Virus record (IMG/VR): IMGVR_UViG_3300005965_000002
Span: 124,001-188,000 of that record
DNA length: 64,000 nucleotides
Strand: one strand, 5' to 3'
The notes beneath the pieces were generated by a model. The model saw only the letters and a program-made list of their open reading frames with translations. It was not told the origin of the DNA and ran no database searches. The translations under genes were made by a program, and so were the position numbers. Position 1 is the stretch's first letter. Each line of letters starts with the position of its first letter. Shown here piece after piece: positions 8,446 to 18,433 of this stretch.

Positions 8446-9669
8446 ATGAAATATCTCATATCCGATTCCCTGAGACGTATTGCATCCGCTTTAGAAGTTG
8501 ATCTAGATAATGTTAAGAATAGCAAAAAGCCGGTTGTTTTCTTAGGTGGAAATGCTTCTGATAATTCCTGGAGAGAAGATATAAAAAAGGAATTTTCCGA
8601 TAAGATTATGTTTTTGGATCCCTTTGATAAAGATTGGGAAGCAGAAGAAAACATATATAAGGAATTAGAAGCATTGATGAAATCGGACAACGTCGTTTTC
8701 TATAAGGGCGGAGAAGGATCTGAAAAAGAAAAAGAATTTCTTGATCAGGTCAAAAAAAGTAATTACGAAGATTTTGACGACTTGAGCGAGCTAAAGAATT
8801 ATCTAAAAAAGATAAGCGGTAAAATGGAAAAAACTGCTTATCCTATAGTAGGTCAACCCGCTTCTGACCTTAAGTTGGAGAAGCTCGATAAAGAATCCAT
8901 CGAGGCTTTAATAGAGGATTTAAAACAGGGTGTGGATATTAAGGTAGACCCAGAAGTAAAAAAGATTCCCAATATGTCCGATTTGCATGAGTTGAAAGCT
9001 GAAGACATAAAAAAAGAGATAGCTAAAGGTAATCCTTTTTTAAAAGTGTTGCTTGATAAGTATAAGAGTTTACCCGGGAGTAAAAACCCAGCGCTCAAAT
9101 ATGATAAAGAAAAACATATGTATATACCAACTGAATTGGGGCAAATGAGTAAATCAGCAAAGCAAGGAATGGTATATGACCGGAGTTCTACTCAATATGA
9201 TTTTCCTGAATTAATAGCTGATAAAGTTCTGCGCTGGTCTAAAAAGAATGTCCCGGATATTGCACTAGGAGAAGATGGCAGAGAAGATGAGATTCATGTT
9301 ACTATTCTTTATGGGTTGTTTACTACAAATCCTTCCGAAGTAGAAGATATTATAAAAAAGTATAACATAGAACCTTTTGAGATAAGACTATCCTTAATTA
9401 CTGCTTTTTTAAATGGTGACCAGGATGTTTTGAAGATAGATGTAGAATCCTCTGGACTCCACAACCTCCATAAGCTACTCCAAGAAAATATCAAGAATGA
9501 TAACAAATATCCGGAGTACCGACCCCACGTAACTATAGCCTACCTTAAAAAAGGCGAATCAGAAAATTACATAGGTAGAGATGATTTTCAGGGAATATCG
9601 TGCAAGGTGAATAATATTGTTTTTAGCTCCAGAACGGGCGATAAAATAGACATTCCTCTTATTGGTTGA
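8446..9669 (+). CDS. Nucleoside 2-deoxyribosyltransferase-like domain + Acb1/T4 gp57B-like 2H phosphodiesterase
   Basis: N-terminal VVFLGG...SWRE...FLDPF...DW...E; C-terminal two HxT motifs EIHVTILYG and YPEYRPHVTIAY; ATG at 8446 preferred over TTG at 8434. Confidence 0.75.
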   Translation: MKYLISDSLRRIASALEVDLDNVKNSKKPVVFLGGNASDNSWREDIKKEFSDKIMFLDPFDKDWEAEENIYKELEALMKSDNVVFYKGGEGSEKEKEFLDQVKKSNYEDFDDLSELKNYLKKISGKMEKTAYPIVGQPASDLKLEKLDKESIEALIEDLKQGVDIKVDPEVKKIPNMSDLHELKAEDIKKEIAKGNPFLKVLLDKYKSLPGSKNPALKYDKEKHMYIPTELGQMSKSAKQGMVYDRSSTQYDFPELIADKVLRWSKKNVPDIALGEDGREDEIHVTILYGLFTTNPSEVEDIIKKYNIEPFEIRLSLITAFLNGDQDVLKIDVESSGLHNLHKLLQENIKNDNKYPEYRPHVTIAYLKKGESENYIGRDDFQGISCKVNNIVFSSRTGDKIDIPLIG

Positions 9670-9671
9670 TA

Positions 9672-9685
9672 ATATTCTATTAATA
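9672..9685 (+). promoter_or_regulatory. Putative late promoter motif copy 2
   Basis: ATATTCTATTAATA upstream of 9747. Confidence 0.6.
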
Positions 9686-9746
9686 ATACACATAAGTAGA
9701 TTCTATAAGATCTCAGACTATATTCATATCCAGAAAGGAGTATGAG

Positions 9747-10853
9747 ATGGCAGAACGTAACTATGTCGCTCTCGTTGATTTCAATGTCAACATCGACAAC
9801 GGTAAGGAGACAGTAAAAATAACGGCTGGCTCTGAGTTTTCATACGACGGGTTGTATGTTACTTTTGGTGATTCCAGAGGAATGTGCAAACCTCTAGGTA
9901 AGATGGCTGGAGAATGGTTTTCAGTATCCAATAATCAGCCAGCACAGACTAAGCCTGCAGCGCCTAACCCCAATACCACTAAATCTAGAGTAGAGAATAG
10001 TGATGAAGTACCGAACGCTCCTGTAGTGAATGCGGGGAAAGATCGAGAACTAGAAGGCATGGTGGATAACTATGAAAAGGGTACTTACAAAAATCCTTCA
10101 GCAAAAGTTATCCACGATGATGAGGCTGTAGTCGGCCAGGTAAAGAATACCGACCAGAACGCAGTAAAAAATACGACAGGTGTTCAGATGAATGAGCAAC
10201 CGGATAGCGAAAAAAGGGTTGTTTATGAGGAAGAAAGGGTTGCTAAGGAAACCGTCCCCCAGAAGCCTGATGAGGGTGAAAAGCACCTGAAGGTAGAAGG
10301 CGAAGGAGATGGCGTTTTAGTTAAGGAAACCAGTCCTCTGTCTGAAGTAGAAAAGCTTAGGAAGCAGTTAGCAGAAGCTGAGGCTCGTCTTGCCGAATCA
10401 CAGAAACCCCAGGTTTCTGTCGAAGAGGATGCAGTTAAAAAGACTTCTGCTCTGAATAACCAATCTACTGATATTGGTTCTTCCACTCAGGCTCAAACTA
10501 TAGAAAAGCCAGCAACTCCAAAGGGGAAACTTTCCGGAAAAAAGACTGGAACTTTGAAGAGAGCGACAAACTCAGGTAGACCTGTAGTGATAGAAGAGCA
10601 AGAGGGTACTGTAGTTGGTAAGGTAAAAAATACCAACGTTAATCAGACAAAGGATGGTATTACCATCCGTACCCGTGTGAAGAATATGGATGATGTGGAG
10701 GAGGCGGCGGTTACCTATGGTAACTCTGTACCGGATGAACCCTCTGTAGAAATAACCGGGTCTGAACCATCAGCAGTTGACGCCTCTGATGTCGGTGTGC
10801 CTGTTCAAAAGGATGCTGATATCGACGTAGAGGATTTACTTAGCGAAATATAA
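9747..10853 (+). CDS. Hypothetical acidic, largely low-complexity protein
   Basis: 368-aa ORF with good RBS (aaggag); recurring acidic-V-V/K motifs (DDEAVVGQV, EEQEGTVVGKV). Confidence 0.65.
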   Translation: MAERNYVALVDFNVNIDNGKETVKITAGSEFSYDGLYVTFGDSRGMCKPLGKMAGEWFSVSNNQPAQTKPAAPNPNTTKSRVENSDEVPNAPVVNAGKDRELEGMVDNYEKGTYKNPSAKVIHDDEAVVGQVKNTDQNAVKNTTGVQMNEQPDSEKRVVYEEERVAKETVPQKPDEGEKHLKVEGEGDGVLVKETSPLSEVEKLRKQLAEAEARLAESQKPQVSVEEDAVKKTSALNNQSTDIGSSTQAQTIEKPATPKGKLSGKKTGTLKRATNSGRPVVIEEQEGTVVGKVKNTNVNQTKDGITIRTRVKNMDDVEEAAVTYGNSVPDEPSVEITGSEPSAVDASDVGVPVQKDADIDVEDLLSEI

Positions 10854-10864
10854 GGTAGGTTCAA

Positions 10865-12625
10865 GTGGCGGCAAGGGTTTGGAAAGTAGTGGCTGATTAT
10901 TTAGACGGCCCAAACTATAGCGTTTTCTTTCAAGAACCTGCCTGGATGGACTATATGAAGCAGAAGGCTGAGAAGCCTAAAGGAAAAGCTCCTGAGTCCA
11001 TTAAGAAGATGATCAAAGAAAAAGGTCTTTCCGAACCCTTCCCCGCCTATAATCCTTATGATTATCAGTCTCCTACTGATAAGCCAAAGGATTTAAAAGA
11101 CGGGCCTCCTTTTCAAAACGAATTTCCCAATTATCCTATTAATCCTCCCCACGCTGAATTTAACAGAGGTAAAGTATTCAGCCCAGGTGGAGTAATGGAT
11201 TATAAGTATAAGACACGTAACCAAGATTGGACACAGGATCCGAGCGAGCAGTATCCTGCCATCAGTATAGACCGTAAGTATGCTTCTGATGAGCAGGTAA
11301 AGAGGGTGGTAGCTGGGTACTTACTCCAGCATATGCCTCTGGTGCTCAATCCAGAAGATTTCGATGATTTTGGAGCGTATATAAAGACAGCCGCAAGCTT
11401 AAATGAGATCATATCAAAGGATTTTCACTATAAAAATGATGAAAAGATTAATAGAGCAGAACAGTGCTCTGTAAAACGCTTGAATCGACCAAGTGAGATA
11501 GAGCAAGGAATGATACGCTACCATGTAAATTGTACTGGGTCCCCGGATACACATACAGTTGTTTTTCAGTTTATGAGGGATAAAACAGGGAGACGTCCTG
11601 ACACATATGCAGATTACCCTGTACAGATAGCGTGTAGCTGTGAATCTTTTCTTTTTTATGGGGCTCAGTATTATGCCGTGCAGGGTGAGTACATGTATAT
11701 GCCGAGATTTAGAAGATCCTTGGTTCCTCCCACTCCACACGAACAGATTTCTAGCACGGAAGGCAACAGACTGAATCCTGGTAGAGGTTTGAATTTTAGG
11801 GTGTGTAAACATATTCTTGCTTGCTATAACCAAATAAAAGGAATGAGGATTACAAAATACTATAGAAATTACCCGGAAATTGGGGCTCCTTCGAAGATAA
11901 TGAATAAGGAGCAGTGGAAAAAATTACTTAAGTTTGAATTTACTAAAGAAAACATTGTAAAAAGATTGACCTCATCAAAGCCAAAAATACCAGCATACTA
12001 TTCTAGTAAAAACATTAAACCTGAGTTAAATAAGTGGTTTAGAGAAGTATATGTTCCTAGAACAGAAGATGAAAAGATAAAGATTCTTGAAACGTTAGTG
12101 GAGCATCCTGAAGAAATTTTCTTTCTTGCAATAAAGGATGCGTACTTCCGACAGGGTAATCTTTCGAAGAGATATGTTGATAAGGTATATGATCTACTGT
12201 CAAAAGTTATAATGCCAGAAAGTGACCAAGAGCCCAGACAAGAGAAAATGGAAGGGGTGCCTGAGGAACAACAAGAGGTAGGCAAAGGCACTGGTATGGT
12301 CATTCCAGATGTAGAGAATATCCTGTCCGAGCGTGTAGAAGGTGAATTCGATGAAAGCATGATAAAAGATATTGAGACAGAGATAGAAAATATTAACCCG
12401 GAACTAAAGGGTGATAAGAAGGAACAAGCTATAGAAACCATAAAGTCTCAATTGATTGATGGCTTAGCCAAAGAAATAGAAGATGAGCTTAAGAAGCCTT
12501 ATGCTACCACGCCACAGGAAAAAATAGATAACAAATTAAAAAAGATAACACCTACATCTATAAGGAGAAAAATATGGAAGTCTATACAGCAGAATGGTCT
12601 GCAGCAGATATTAGGGGAGCTATAA
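10865..12625 (+). CDS. SWIM-type zinc-finger domain protein
   Basis: IACSCESF...VCKHILAC (CxC...CxH); KYAS and KTAA sites before the domain. Confidence 0.7.
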   Translation: MAARVWKVVADYLDGPNYSVFFQEPAWMDYMKQKAEKPKGKAPESIKKMIKEKGLSEPFPAYNPYDYQSPTDKPKDLKDGPPFQNEFPNYPINPPHAEFNRGKVFSPGGVMDYKYKTRNQDWTQDPSEQYPAISIDRKYASDEQVKRVVAGYLLQHMPLVLNPEDFDDFGAYIKTAASLNEIISKDFHYKNDEKINRAEQCSVKRLNRPSEIEQGMIRYHVNCTGSPDTHTVVFQFMRDKTGRRPDTYADYPVQIACSCESFLFYGAQYYAVQGEYMYMPRFRRSLVPPTPHEQISSTEGNRLNPGRGLNFRVCKHILACYNQIKGMRITKYYRNYPEIGAPSKIMNKEQWKKLLKFEFTKENIVKRLTSSKPKIPAYYSSKNIKPELNKWFREVYVPRTEDEKIKILETLVEHPEEIFFLAIKDAYFRQGNLSKRYVDKVYDLLSKVIMPESDQEPRQEKMEGVPEEQQEVGKGTGMVIPDVENILSERVEGEFDESMIKDIETEIENINPELKGDKKEQAIETIKSQLIDGLAKEIEDELKKPYATTPQEKIDNKLKKITPTSIRRKIWKSIQQNGLQQILGEL

Positions 12626-12861
12626 ATTTAGGATTCCATTATTTAGAAAACATGGACTGTATTGTGGGTCATGTGTTTACGCCTCCCATATTAATGAAAA
12701 ATATCATTATAGAGTGCTCCGAGGATGTAGTGTTTGACTTCATACCCGAAGGCATCGGCTTAATTAGAACAGCCTATTTAAAGTATAAGTTTGGGAAGAA
12801 TAATAAAATTGTTTTTGTCGATCAGCATAAGACAAAAGAGGTGGTCATTACTTTAAAATAA
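12574..12861 (+). CDS. Hypothetical protein
   Basis: 95-aa ORF filling the gap; start uncertain because of a 52-nt overlap. Confidence 0.45.
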   Translation: MEVYTAEWSAADIRGAINLGFHYLENMDCIVGHVFTPPILMKNIIIECSEDVVFDFIPEGIGLIRTAYLKYKFGKNNKIVFVDQHKTKEVVITLK

Positions 12862-12905
12862 AGATCAATATAGATATATTATACCAGACAATATAAGGAG
12901 ATAAC

Positions 12906-13367
12906 ATGCCTACCTATGAATACCGCTGCAGTGAATGTGGGACAATAAAGGAAATTGTCCACTCAATCAAGGAATCCCCAAAGTTTTTTTGTGAGTCATG
13001 CGATCCTGAAAATAAAAAAGACCCCTTAGAGCGTCTGATTTCCCAAAACATAGCCGGGGGCTTTTGCTTTAAAGGGATGGGTACGGAGAGCATGATTTGG
13101 AAAGAGAAGCGTATAAGGAATAAGAAAAACGCTGATCTTGAGATGCGCCAGTTGGAGCGTTGGGGAGGTTCCACCCCTAAGCTTACCCCAAATGTTGGTG
13201 GTGAGGTCTATGATAGCTGGGACGATGCCGGTAAAGCTGCGAAATCCAAGGGTTTAGATGACTCAAAGTATAAGCAGCAAGCTGAGGCCAGTAAGAGTAT
13301 CAGCAAAGTATCAGGTATTGATGACAGTAAGTGGAAGGCTGTGAAAGAGAAAAAGAATTCCGTATGA
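12906..13367 (+). CDS. FmdB-family zinc-ribbon protein
   Basis: MPTYEYRCSECG...FFCESC...LERLIS signature; RBS aaggag. Confidence 0.8.
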   Translation: MPTYEYRCSECGTIKEIVHSIKESPKFFCESCDPENKKDPLERLISQNIAGGFCFKGMGTESMIWKEKRIRNKKNADLEMRQLERWGGSTPKLTPNVGGEVYDSWDDAGKAAKSKGLDDSKYKQQAEASKSISKVSGIDDSKWKAVKEKKNSV

Positions 13368-13630
13368 CCCCAAATTATATAACCATGGTAGGATGGTTAG
13401 GATCTTTTTTCTTAATAGCTTGCGGAGTCCCTCAGCTTTTTAAAACCGTTAAAACAAAAAAAGTAGATGATATATCTATTCTTTTTTTGTTATCTTGGTT
13501 TTTTGGAGAAGTTTTTTCTCTTTTATTTGTGCTGATCCGAGCACCTGAAGTTCCCCTAATAGCAAACTATTCATGGAATCTTTTGATAACCGGGACGCTT
13601 TTGGTTTTTTATATCGTATATAGGAGATAA
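13364..13630 (+). CDS. PQ-loop / SemiSWEET-family three-TM protein
   Basis: GWLGS...GVPQLFKTVKTKKVDDIS motif with three hydrophobic helices; ATG at 13364 overlaps upstream TGA. Confidence 0.8.
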   Translation: MTPNYITMVGWLGSFFLIACGVPQLFKTVKTKKVDDISILFLLSWFFGEVFSLLFVLIRAPEVPLIANYSWNLLITGTLLVFYIVYRR

Positions 13631-13632
13631 AG

Positions 13633-16600
13633 ATGGAAAATGCCCTTAAAAAAGGATTAAGCTTAAGTCTTATTGTGGGCCCCGGTGAATCCTCTGAGCT
13701 GGAGAGATGTTTAAAGTCCTGTATTGGATCATTAAACGGGAAAAAGGATCTTTTTGATGAGATAAACATCACATTTGCTACAAAAAAAGAAGACGATAAA
13801 GTCTGGGAGGTAGCAAAAAAGTATGGTACTAAAGTTACGAGATTCGATTGGATAAATGATTTTTCTGCTGCAAGAAATTTCAACTTCAACCAATCAGAGA
13901 TGTCTCATATCTTCTGGGTAGATGCCGATGACGTTATAAAGCCCGAGCAGTACGATAAGTTACTGGAAAGAAAAGAACGTATCTATCAGTTAGATATGAT
14001 TTTAATTTCCTACGTATACGCGCACGACAACGAAGATAAACCTGTCATAGTTCTACCCCGCGAACGAATAGTCAGAAATTGCCCTCAGATAAGGTGGGAG
14101 GATCCGATACACGAGTACCTTCCCATGCTAGCAAACTTTAAAATGCAGGAATGGAAAGATTTAGCGCTTGACCACTATCGGATGAAACCATTTAATCCGG
14201 AGCGAAATGTTTCCATACTAGCGGAACAGTACAAGAAGCCTACCTGTACACCTCGGAATAAGTTTTACTATGGAAAAGAATTATTTGATATACAGCAGTA
14301 CGATAAAGCTCTTCCTATTCTTGAAGAATATGTAAACGAAGGAAAAGATTTCCGAGATAATCTAACGGTTGCTTGCATAAAACTAGCAACGTACTATTAC
14401 GTAAATAATGATAAGCCCTCTGCAAAGGATTTTGCTCTAAGGGGTATGCGGTTTAATAGTGAGTATGCAGAGAACTACGTAATAGTAGGAGATGTGTTAG
14501 CTGAATCAGGATTGTTTGATGAGGCTATCCAATATTATTCAGAAGCATCCGGCAAGAAGCTAACCGGGGGTATGTCTCAGCTAGTAGATTATTACGGGTT
14601 TATTCCGAATTATCGTTTAGCCGTGATGTACGCCAATAAGCGGGATTATAAGAAGTCCAAGGAATATGCCTTACAGGCATTGGAAATAAAACCTAATAAT
14701 CCTGAATTAAAAAATTTGGTAAACCAATTGGACACCAACATCTCTGAGAGCGAAAAAGAGAAGGTAATGGATGAGAACTTTGTAAATGAGTTGCAAAAGT
14801 TCTTGTCTGACCATAATTTTTCCTTAGCTGTTGAAGAAAACAATTCTTTCTTTGGAAGAATAAAACTTTCTGTAAAAAAGAATGTTTCTATAGCCTGGAT
14901 GTTGCCTGGTATAAATCCAGAAGATCCTGCCACCCGTATACGTCGGTTGAATATAAATAAATATTTTAACGATAACTCTGTCGGTGTCAAAACATGTATA
15001 GTAACCAATTATCTCACACTGTCTCCTTATGAGATAAGAAACAAGATAGGCGAGAGCACCGTAGCTGTTTTTACGACCTATACCTCGAAGGATAAGGAAG
15101 CAATAGATTATCTGAAAAATATAGGAGTACGAGTAATCTATGATATCGCTGAAGCCATCTTTGATATGCCGGGTGTTGCAGAATGCCTGAAATTAGCGGA
15201 TGGTATAGTATGCTGTTCCGAGAAGCTTGCAGAAATGTGTATGGAAAGAGGCCTGCGGAATGTAATGGTTATTAAGGATGCCATAGAAAAGTGGGCTCCA
15301 GTAAAAGAACACAAAGAAATAGAAAAACCAAAAGCTCTCTATATGGGTATGGGCGGTAACAGCTTTCTTGTTACAGAATTCTTAAAAGACACAATTACTG
15401 AAGCTGGTTATGATTTAGAAGTAATTACTGAATGGGATGACGCTACTAAGAAATGGTCATTGGAAACCTGGGCGGAAGATATGGTAGCGTGCGATGTTGT
15501 GTTATGCCCCCAAAGAGTTGACGTGCAGCCTGCGAAGTCGGACGTTAAGGCCTCAGTAGCAATGGCATTGGGAATGCCCGTTATAGCCAGCAGCCTGCCT
15601 TCTTATAGAACTATAATCAAAAATGGTGAAAACGGATACATATGCGAGACTAAGGACGATTGGAAAGAAGCTCTGATTAAATGCAAGGATTATAAACATA
15701 GAGCAGAAATCGGAAAGAAAGCTAGAGAATCTATAAAGGATCATAGCATAGAAAAAGTAACTGAGCAATGGAAGCAGGCTAGCCTGGAAACTCTTGAGAG
15801 TGAACAGACAAGCGTTCAGATCCAGCAGTCAACTCCAGATAAAAGAAGAGACATTGTAGACATAATCATTCCTAATTATCAGAATGTAGACTATTTGAAG
15901 ATGTGTCTCACATCGATAAGGATGAATACACTTTATCCTTATCATATCATCATTTCGGATGCAGGTAGCAATAAAGATACATGGGAGTACCTTAAGTCAT
16001 TAAAGGGAATTACGATCCTCGGCGAGGAGGGTGTTAGAAAAACATATTCCGAAACATGCAACACCGGGATAGAAGCGTCTTCTTCTAAGTTCTTTGTGAT
16101 TATTAATTCTGATATTATCGTGTCCAAGGGTTGGATTACAAATATGATGGACAAGATGACGTCAGTTGATCGATTAGCTGCCTGCGGAGTCCTATCTAAT
16201 TGTGATAGAGGGTGGCTGCACAATGTCCCTGGCAGAGATGACATACCGCAGTACCCTATGCGTTTAGAAAAAGCAGGAATAGATCTGGTTCCCGGCATGA
16301 AGAAAGATCAAATAGCTCCTCATATAGAAGAGCTGTACGCTTTTATGGATGCCTCTAACAAGAGATACAAAGGAAAATTTACCCCTCAGAAATGGGTAGC
16401 TGGTTACGCTACGGTATATGCACGCAGTGCTATTAATGAGGTCGGTCTCTTTGATCCTAGATATAAAAATGGGTGCGAAGATTCAGACCTTTGCTATCGT
16501 TTAGAGAAGTGTGGCTATGCCATGGGTCAGGCTATTGATGCTTTTGTTTTCCATTTCGGGGGCGTAAGCAGGGGTGCTTATCAAGATGAGGGGCGGGAGC

Positions 16601-17787
16601 ATTACGATAAGGAAGACAAGGAAAATCATGCAAAGATTAGAACTAAGTGGGCTAAACCCAGAGTGGCTATTTACACAGGACCAGCATGGGAGCCTTGGGA
16701 TAAGGAAAAAGTTGATGAGGGCATGGCCGGATCAGAAACTTGGGCAGTGTATTTAGCCGAAGCCTTTGTACGAAAAGGGTATGAGGTAAGAGTGTACAAT
16801 GATCTTACGGGAGATAAGAAAATACCCAAGGTAGAGCCTGTTTATTTAGATGGAGGTAGAGGAGTCGCCGGTGGAGTAATCTATAGGGATTACTCTGAGA
16901 TGATGGAAGATCTAAAGTACGACCATATAGATCATTTCATATGTTCACGCTCGGTTGCTCCTTTTTACGAAAATCTGCATTCAGGACGAAACTATGTAAT
17001 GATACATGATATCTGGTTGTCACAGGATCCTAATTATGATTTAATTTCCTGGAAAATACAGAGGTATGCCTATTTAAGTGAATGGCATAAAGCATTTCTC
17101 TTACAGCATCATAAAAACATGCCTGCAGAGAAAATGTTTTTAACAGCGAATGGAGTAGTGCAGGATTGGTACTCCGATGTAGATAGTTATGAAAAGAAAA
17201 ATATGGCTGTTTACAGCTCTTCCCCTGATAGGGGTTTATATCAGCTACTACAGATGGTACCTATGATTAGAGAAGAAGTAAAAGATTTTGAGCTGAATGT
17301 TTGCTATGGTTTTTATAACTGGGAAACCGCCGCAAAGTCTCGAAATGATATAGCATCTCTCCATTTGATAGAAAAAATTAAAGATCTGATGAATCAGCCT
17401 GGTGTAAATTACTTAGGAAGAGTCTCTAAAAAGGAGTTGGCTGAGTTACAGAAGCAAGCTAAAGTTTGGCTTTATCCGACCTGGTTTGCTGAAACCTTCT
17501 GTATAGGAAGCGTAGAGTGTGGCCTTAGCAAGTGTGCCCTGCTTACAACGGATCTAGCAGGATTACAGACGACAGCCAAAGATGCTGCGATAATGCTTAA
17601 CCCGAACGGATTGAGCAGAGACGGAGAGTACCCAGACACGTATATAAATGAATTCGTTAGCAAAGCTATTGATCTACTAAATAACGAGGAAGTTAGAAGA
17701 GAATGGGCTGATAAAGCTTATAATAAGATGCTAAATTATACATGGGATAAAATCGCAGACGGATGGGAACAACAATTTAAAGACTAA
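13633..17787 (+). CDS. Multidomain glycosyltransferase: GT2 + TPR + GT-B + GT2 + GT-B (GT4-like)
   Basis: DFSAARN and WVDADD (GT-A); TPR helices; KSDVKASVAMALGMPVIAS (GT-B); DIIIPNY, INSDI, GCEDSDLC (GT-A); GSETWAVYLA, SSSPDRGL, ETFCIGSVE (GT-B). Confidence 0.88.
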   Translation: MENALKKGLSLSLIVGPGESSELERCLKSCIGSLNGKKDLFDEINITFATKKEDDKVWEVAKKYGTKVTRFDWINDFSAARNFNFNQSEMSHIFWVDADDVIKPEQYDKLLERKERIYQLDMILISYVYAHDNEDKPVIVLPRERIVRNCPQIRWEDPIHEYLPMLANFKMQEWKDLALDHYRMKPFNPERNVSILAEQYKKPTCTPRNKFYYGKELFDIQQYDKALPILEEYVNEGKDFRDNLTVACIKLATYYYVNNDKPSAKDFALRGMRFNSEYAENYVIVGDVLAESGLFDEAIQYYSEASGKKLTGGMSQLVDYYGFIPNYRLAVMYANKRDYKKSKEYALQALEIKPNNPELKNLVNQLDTNISESEKEKVMDENFVNELQKFLSDHNFSLAVEENNSFFGRIKLSVKKNVSIAWMLPGINPEDPATRIRRLNINKYFNDNSVGVKTCIVTNYLTLSPYEIRNKIGESTVAVFTTYTSKDKEAIDYLKNIGVRVIYDIAEAIFDMPGVAECLKLADGIVCCSEKLAEMCMERGLRNVMVIKDAIEKWAPVKEHKEIEKPKALYMGMGGNSFLVTEFLKDTITEAGYDLEVITEWDDATKKWSLETWAEDMVACDVVLCPQRVDVQPAKSDVKASVAMALGMPVIASSLPSYRTIIKNGENGYICETKDDWKEALIKCKDYKHRAEIGKKARESIKDHSIEKVTEQWKQASLETLESEQTSVQIQQSTPDKRRDIVDIIIPNYQNVDYLKMCLTSIRMNTLYPYHIIISDAGSNKDTWEYLKSLKGITILGEEGVRKTYSETCNTGIEASSSKFFVIINSDIIVSKGWITNMMDKMTSVDRLAACGVLSNCDRGWLHNVPGRDDIPQYPMRLEKAGIDLVPGMKKDQIAPHIEELYAFMDASNKRYKGKFTPQKWVAGYATVYARSAINEVGLFDPRYKNGCEDSDLCYRLEKCGYAMGQAIDAFVFHFGGVSRGAYQDEGREHYDKEDKENHAKIRTKWAKPRVAIYTGPAWEPWDKEKVDEGMAGSETWAVYLAEAFVRKGYEVRVYNDLTGDKKIPKVEPVYLDGGRGVAGGVIYRDYSEMMEDLKYDHIDHFICSRSVAPFYENLHSGRNYVMIHDIWLSQDPNYDLISWKIQRYAYLSEWHKAFLLQHHKNMPAEKMFLTANGVVQDWYSDVDSYEKKNMAVYSSSPDRGLYQLLQMVPMIREEVKDFELNVCYGFYNWETAAKSRNDIASLHLIEKIKDLMNQPGVNYLGRVSKKELAELQKQAKVWLYPTWFAETFCIGSVECGLSKCALLTTDLAGLQTTAKDAAIMLNPNGLSRDGEYPDTYINEFVSKAIDLLNNEEVRREWADKAYNKMLNYTWDKIADGWEQQFKD

Positions 17788-17798
17788 GGGGAATAAAA

Positions 17799-18047
17799 AT
17801 GGTGAAAGCAATTCATGTAGCTAACGGTAAGCATTATTATAATGCTAATTTTGATGGTTTTAATTTTGATGGCACTAACAACTTTGTTTATCTACAGAAC
17901 GTAAAAAAGCAAGAAGTGGTATTTGGTGATAATAGGAAGATCATTGCTAATTGCGTAGATGTCTTGGCTGTATACCTGCCTATATCTCAGACATATACCA
18001 CAATTGTAGATAAAGAACCTGATTGGGTTAAGCCTGTAGAGGGGTAG
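17799..18047 (+). CDS. Hypothetical protein
   Basis: 82-aa ORF 11 nt after the glycosyltransferase, with RBS. Confidence 0.55.
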   Translation: MVKAIHVANGKHYYNANFDGFNFDGTNNFVYLQNVKKQEVVFGDNRKIIANCVDVLAVYLPISQTYTTIVDKEPDWVKPVEG

Positions 18048-18104
18048 ACCTGAATATGTTTTTTATTTACGGTACTAAGTTAGCAGATTTACGAGAGTGA
18101 GCGG

Positions 18105-18139
18105 GAAAGCCCACGACTTCAGTCGTGGGAGTACGTCAG
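18105..18139 (+). mobile_element. Orphan IS200/IS605-type terminal hairpin (right-end-like)
   Basis: gaaagcccacgac-ttca-gtcgtggg-agtacgtcag matches the subterminal hairpin + gtca ending of IS200/IS605 right ends; no tnpA/tnpB in the window. Confidence 0.7.
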
Positions 18140-18419
18140 GGATGCACAGCTTAAGATGTTAGGTACAAACATGTGGGTACAGCTAGCGGAAAAGCTAGCT
18201 CCTTCGAATTTGGTAGTGAGAAACATAATTCTCAATGAGATACTTATAAACAACCGTAAGAGAAAAATGGAGAATCGCCTCCAGAAAGTATGCAATATCC
18301 TTTTCGGAAGAGATTGTATCTGGCAAGAGGGGAAACCAGCAGTACCATAGCAAATATCCTTCCTTCTTCCACGAGCTCTTAAGTATGCTCTCTCCCTCCA
18401 GATTTCGCCTCTATTATTA

Positions 18420-18433
18420 ATATTCTTTTAATA
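18420..18433 (+). promoter_or_regulatory. Putative late promoter motif copy 3
   Basis: ATATTCTTTTAATA upstream of 18473. Confidence 0.6.

Noticed and set aside
9171-9669. Calling the 2H domain an RNA ligase/LigT
   Set aside because: Motif context (HxTxxY, short C-terminus) fits Acb1/gp57B better by eye; not excluded without a phylogeny
18156-18350. 64-aa ORF after the IS-like hairpin
   Set aside because: No RBS and no motif; cannot be told from chance, and is not a recognisable tnpB fragment
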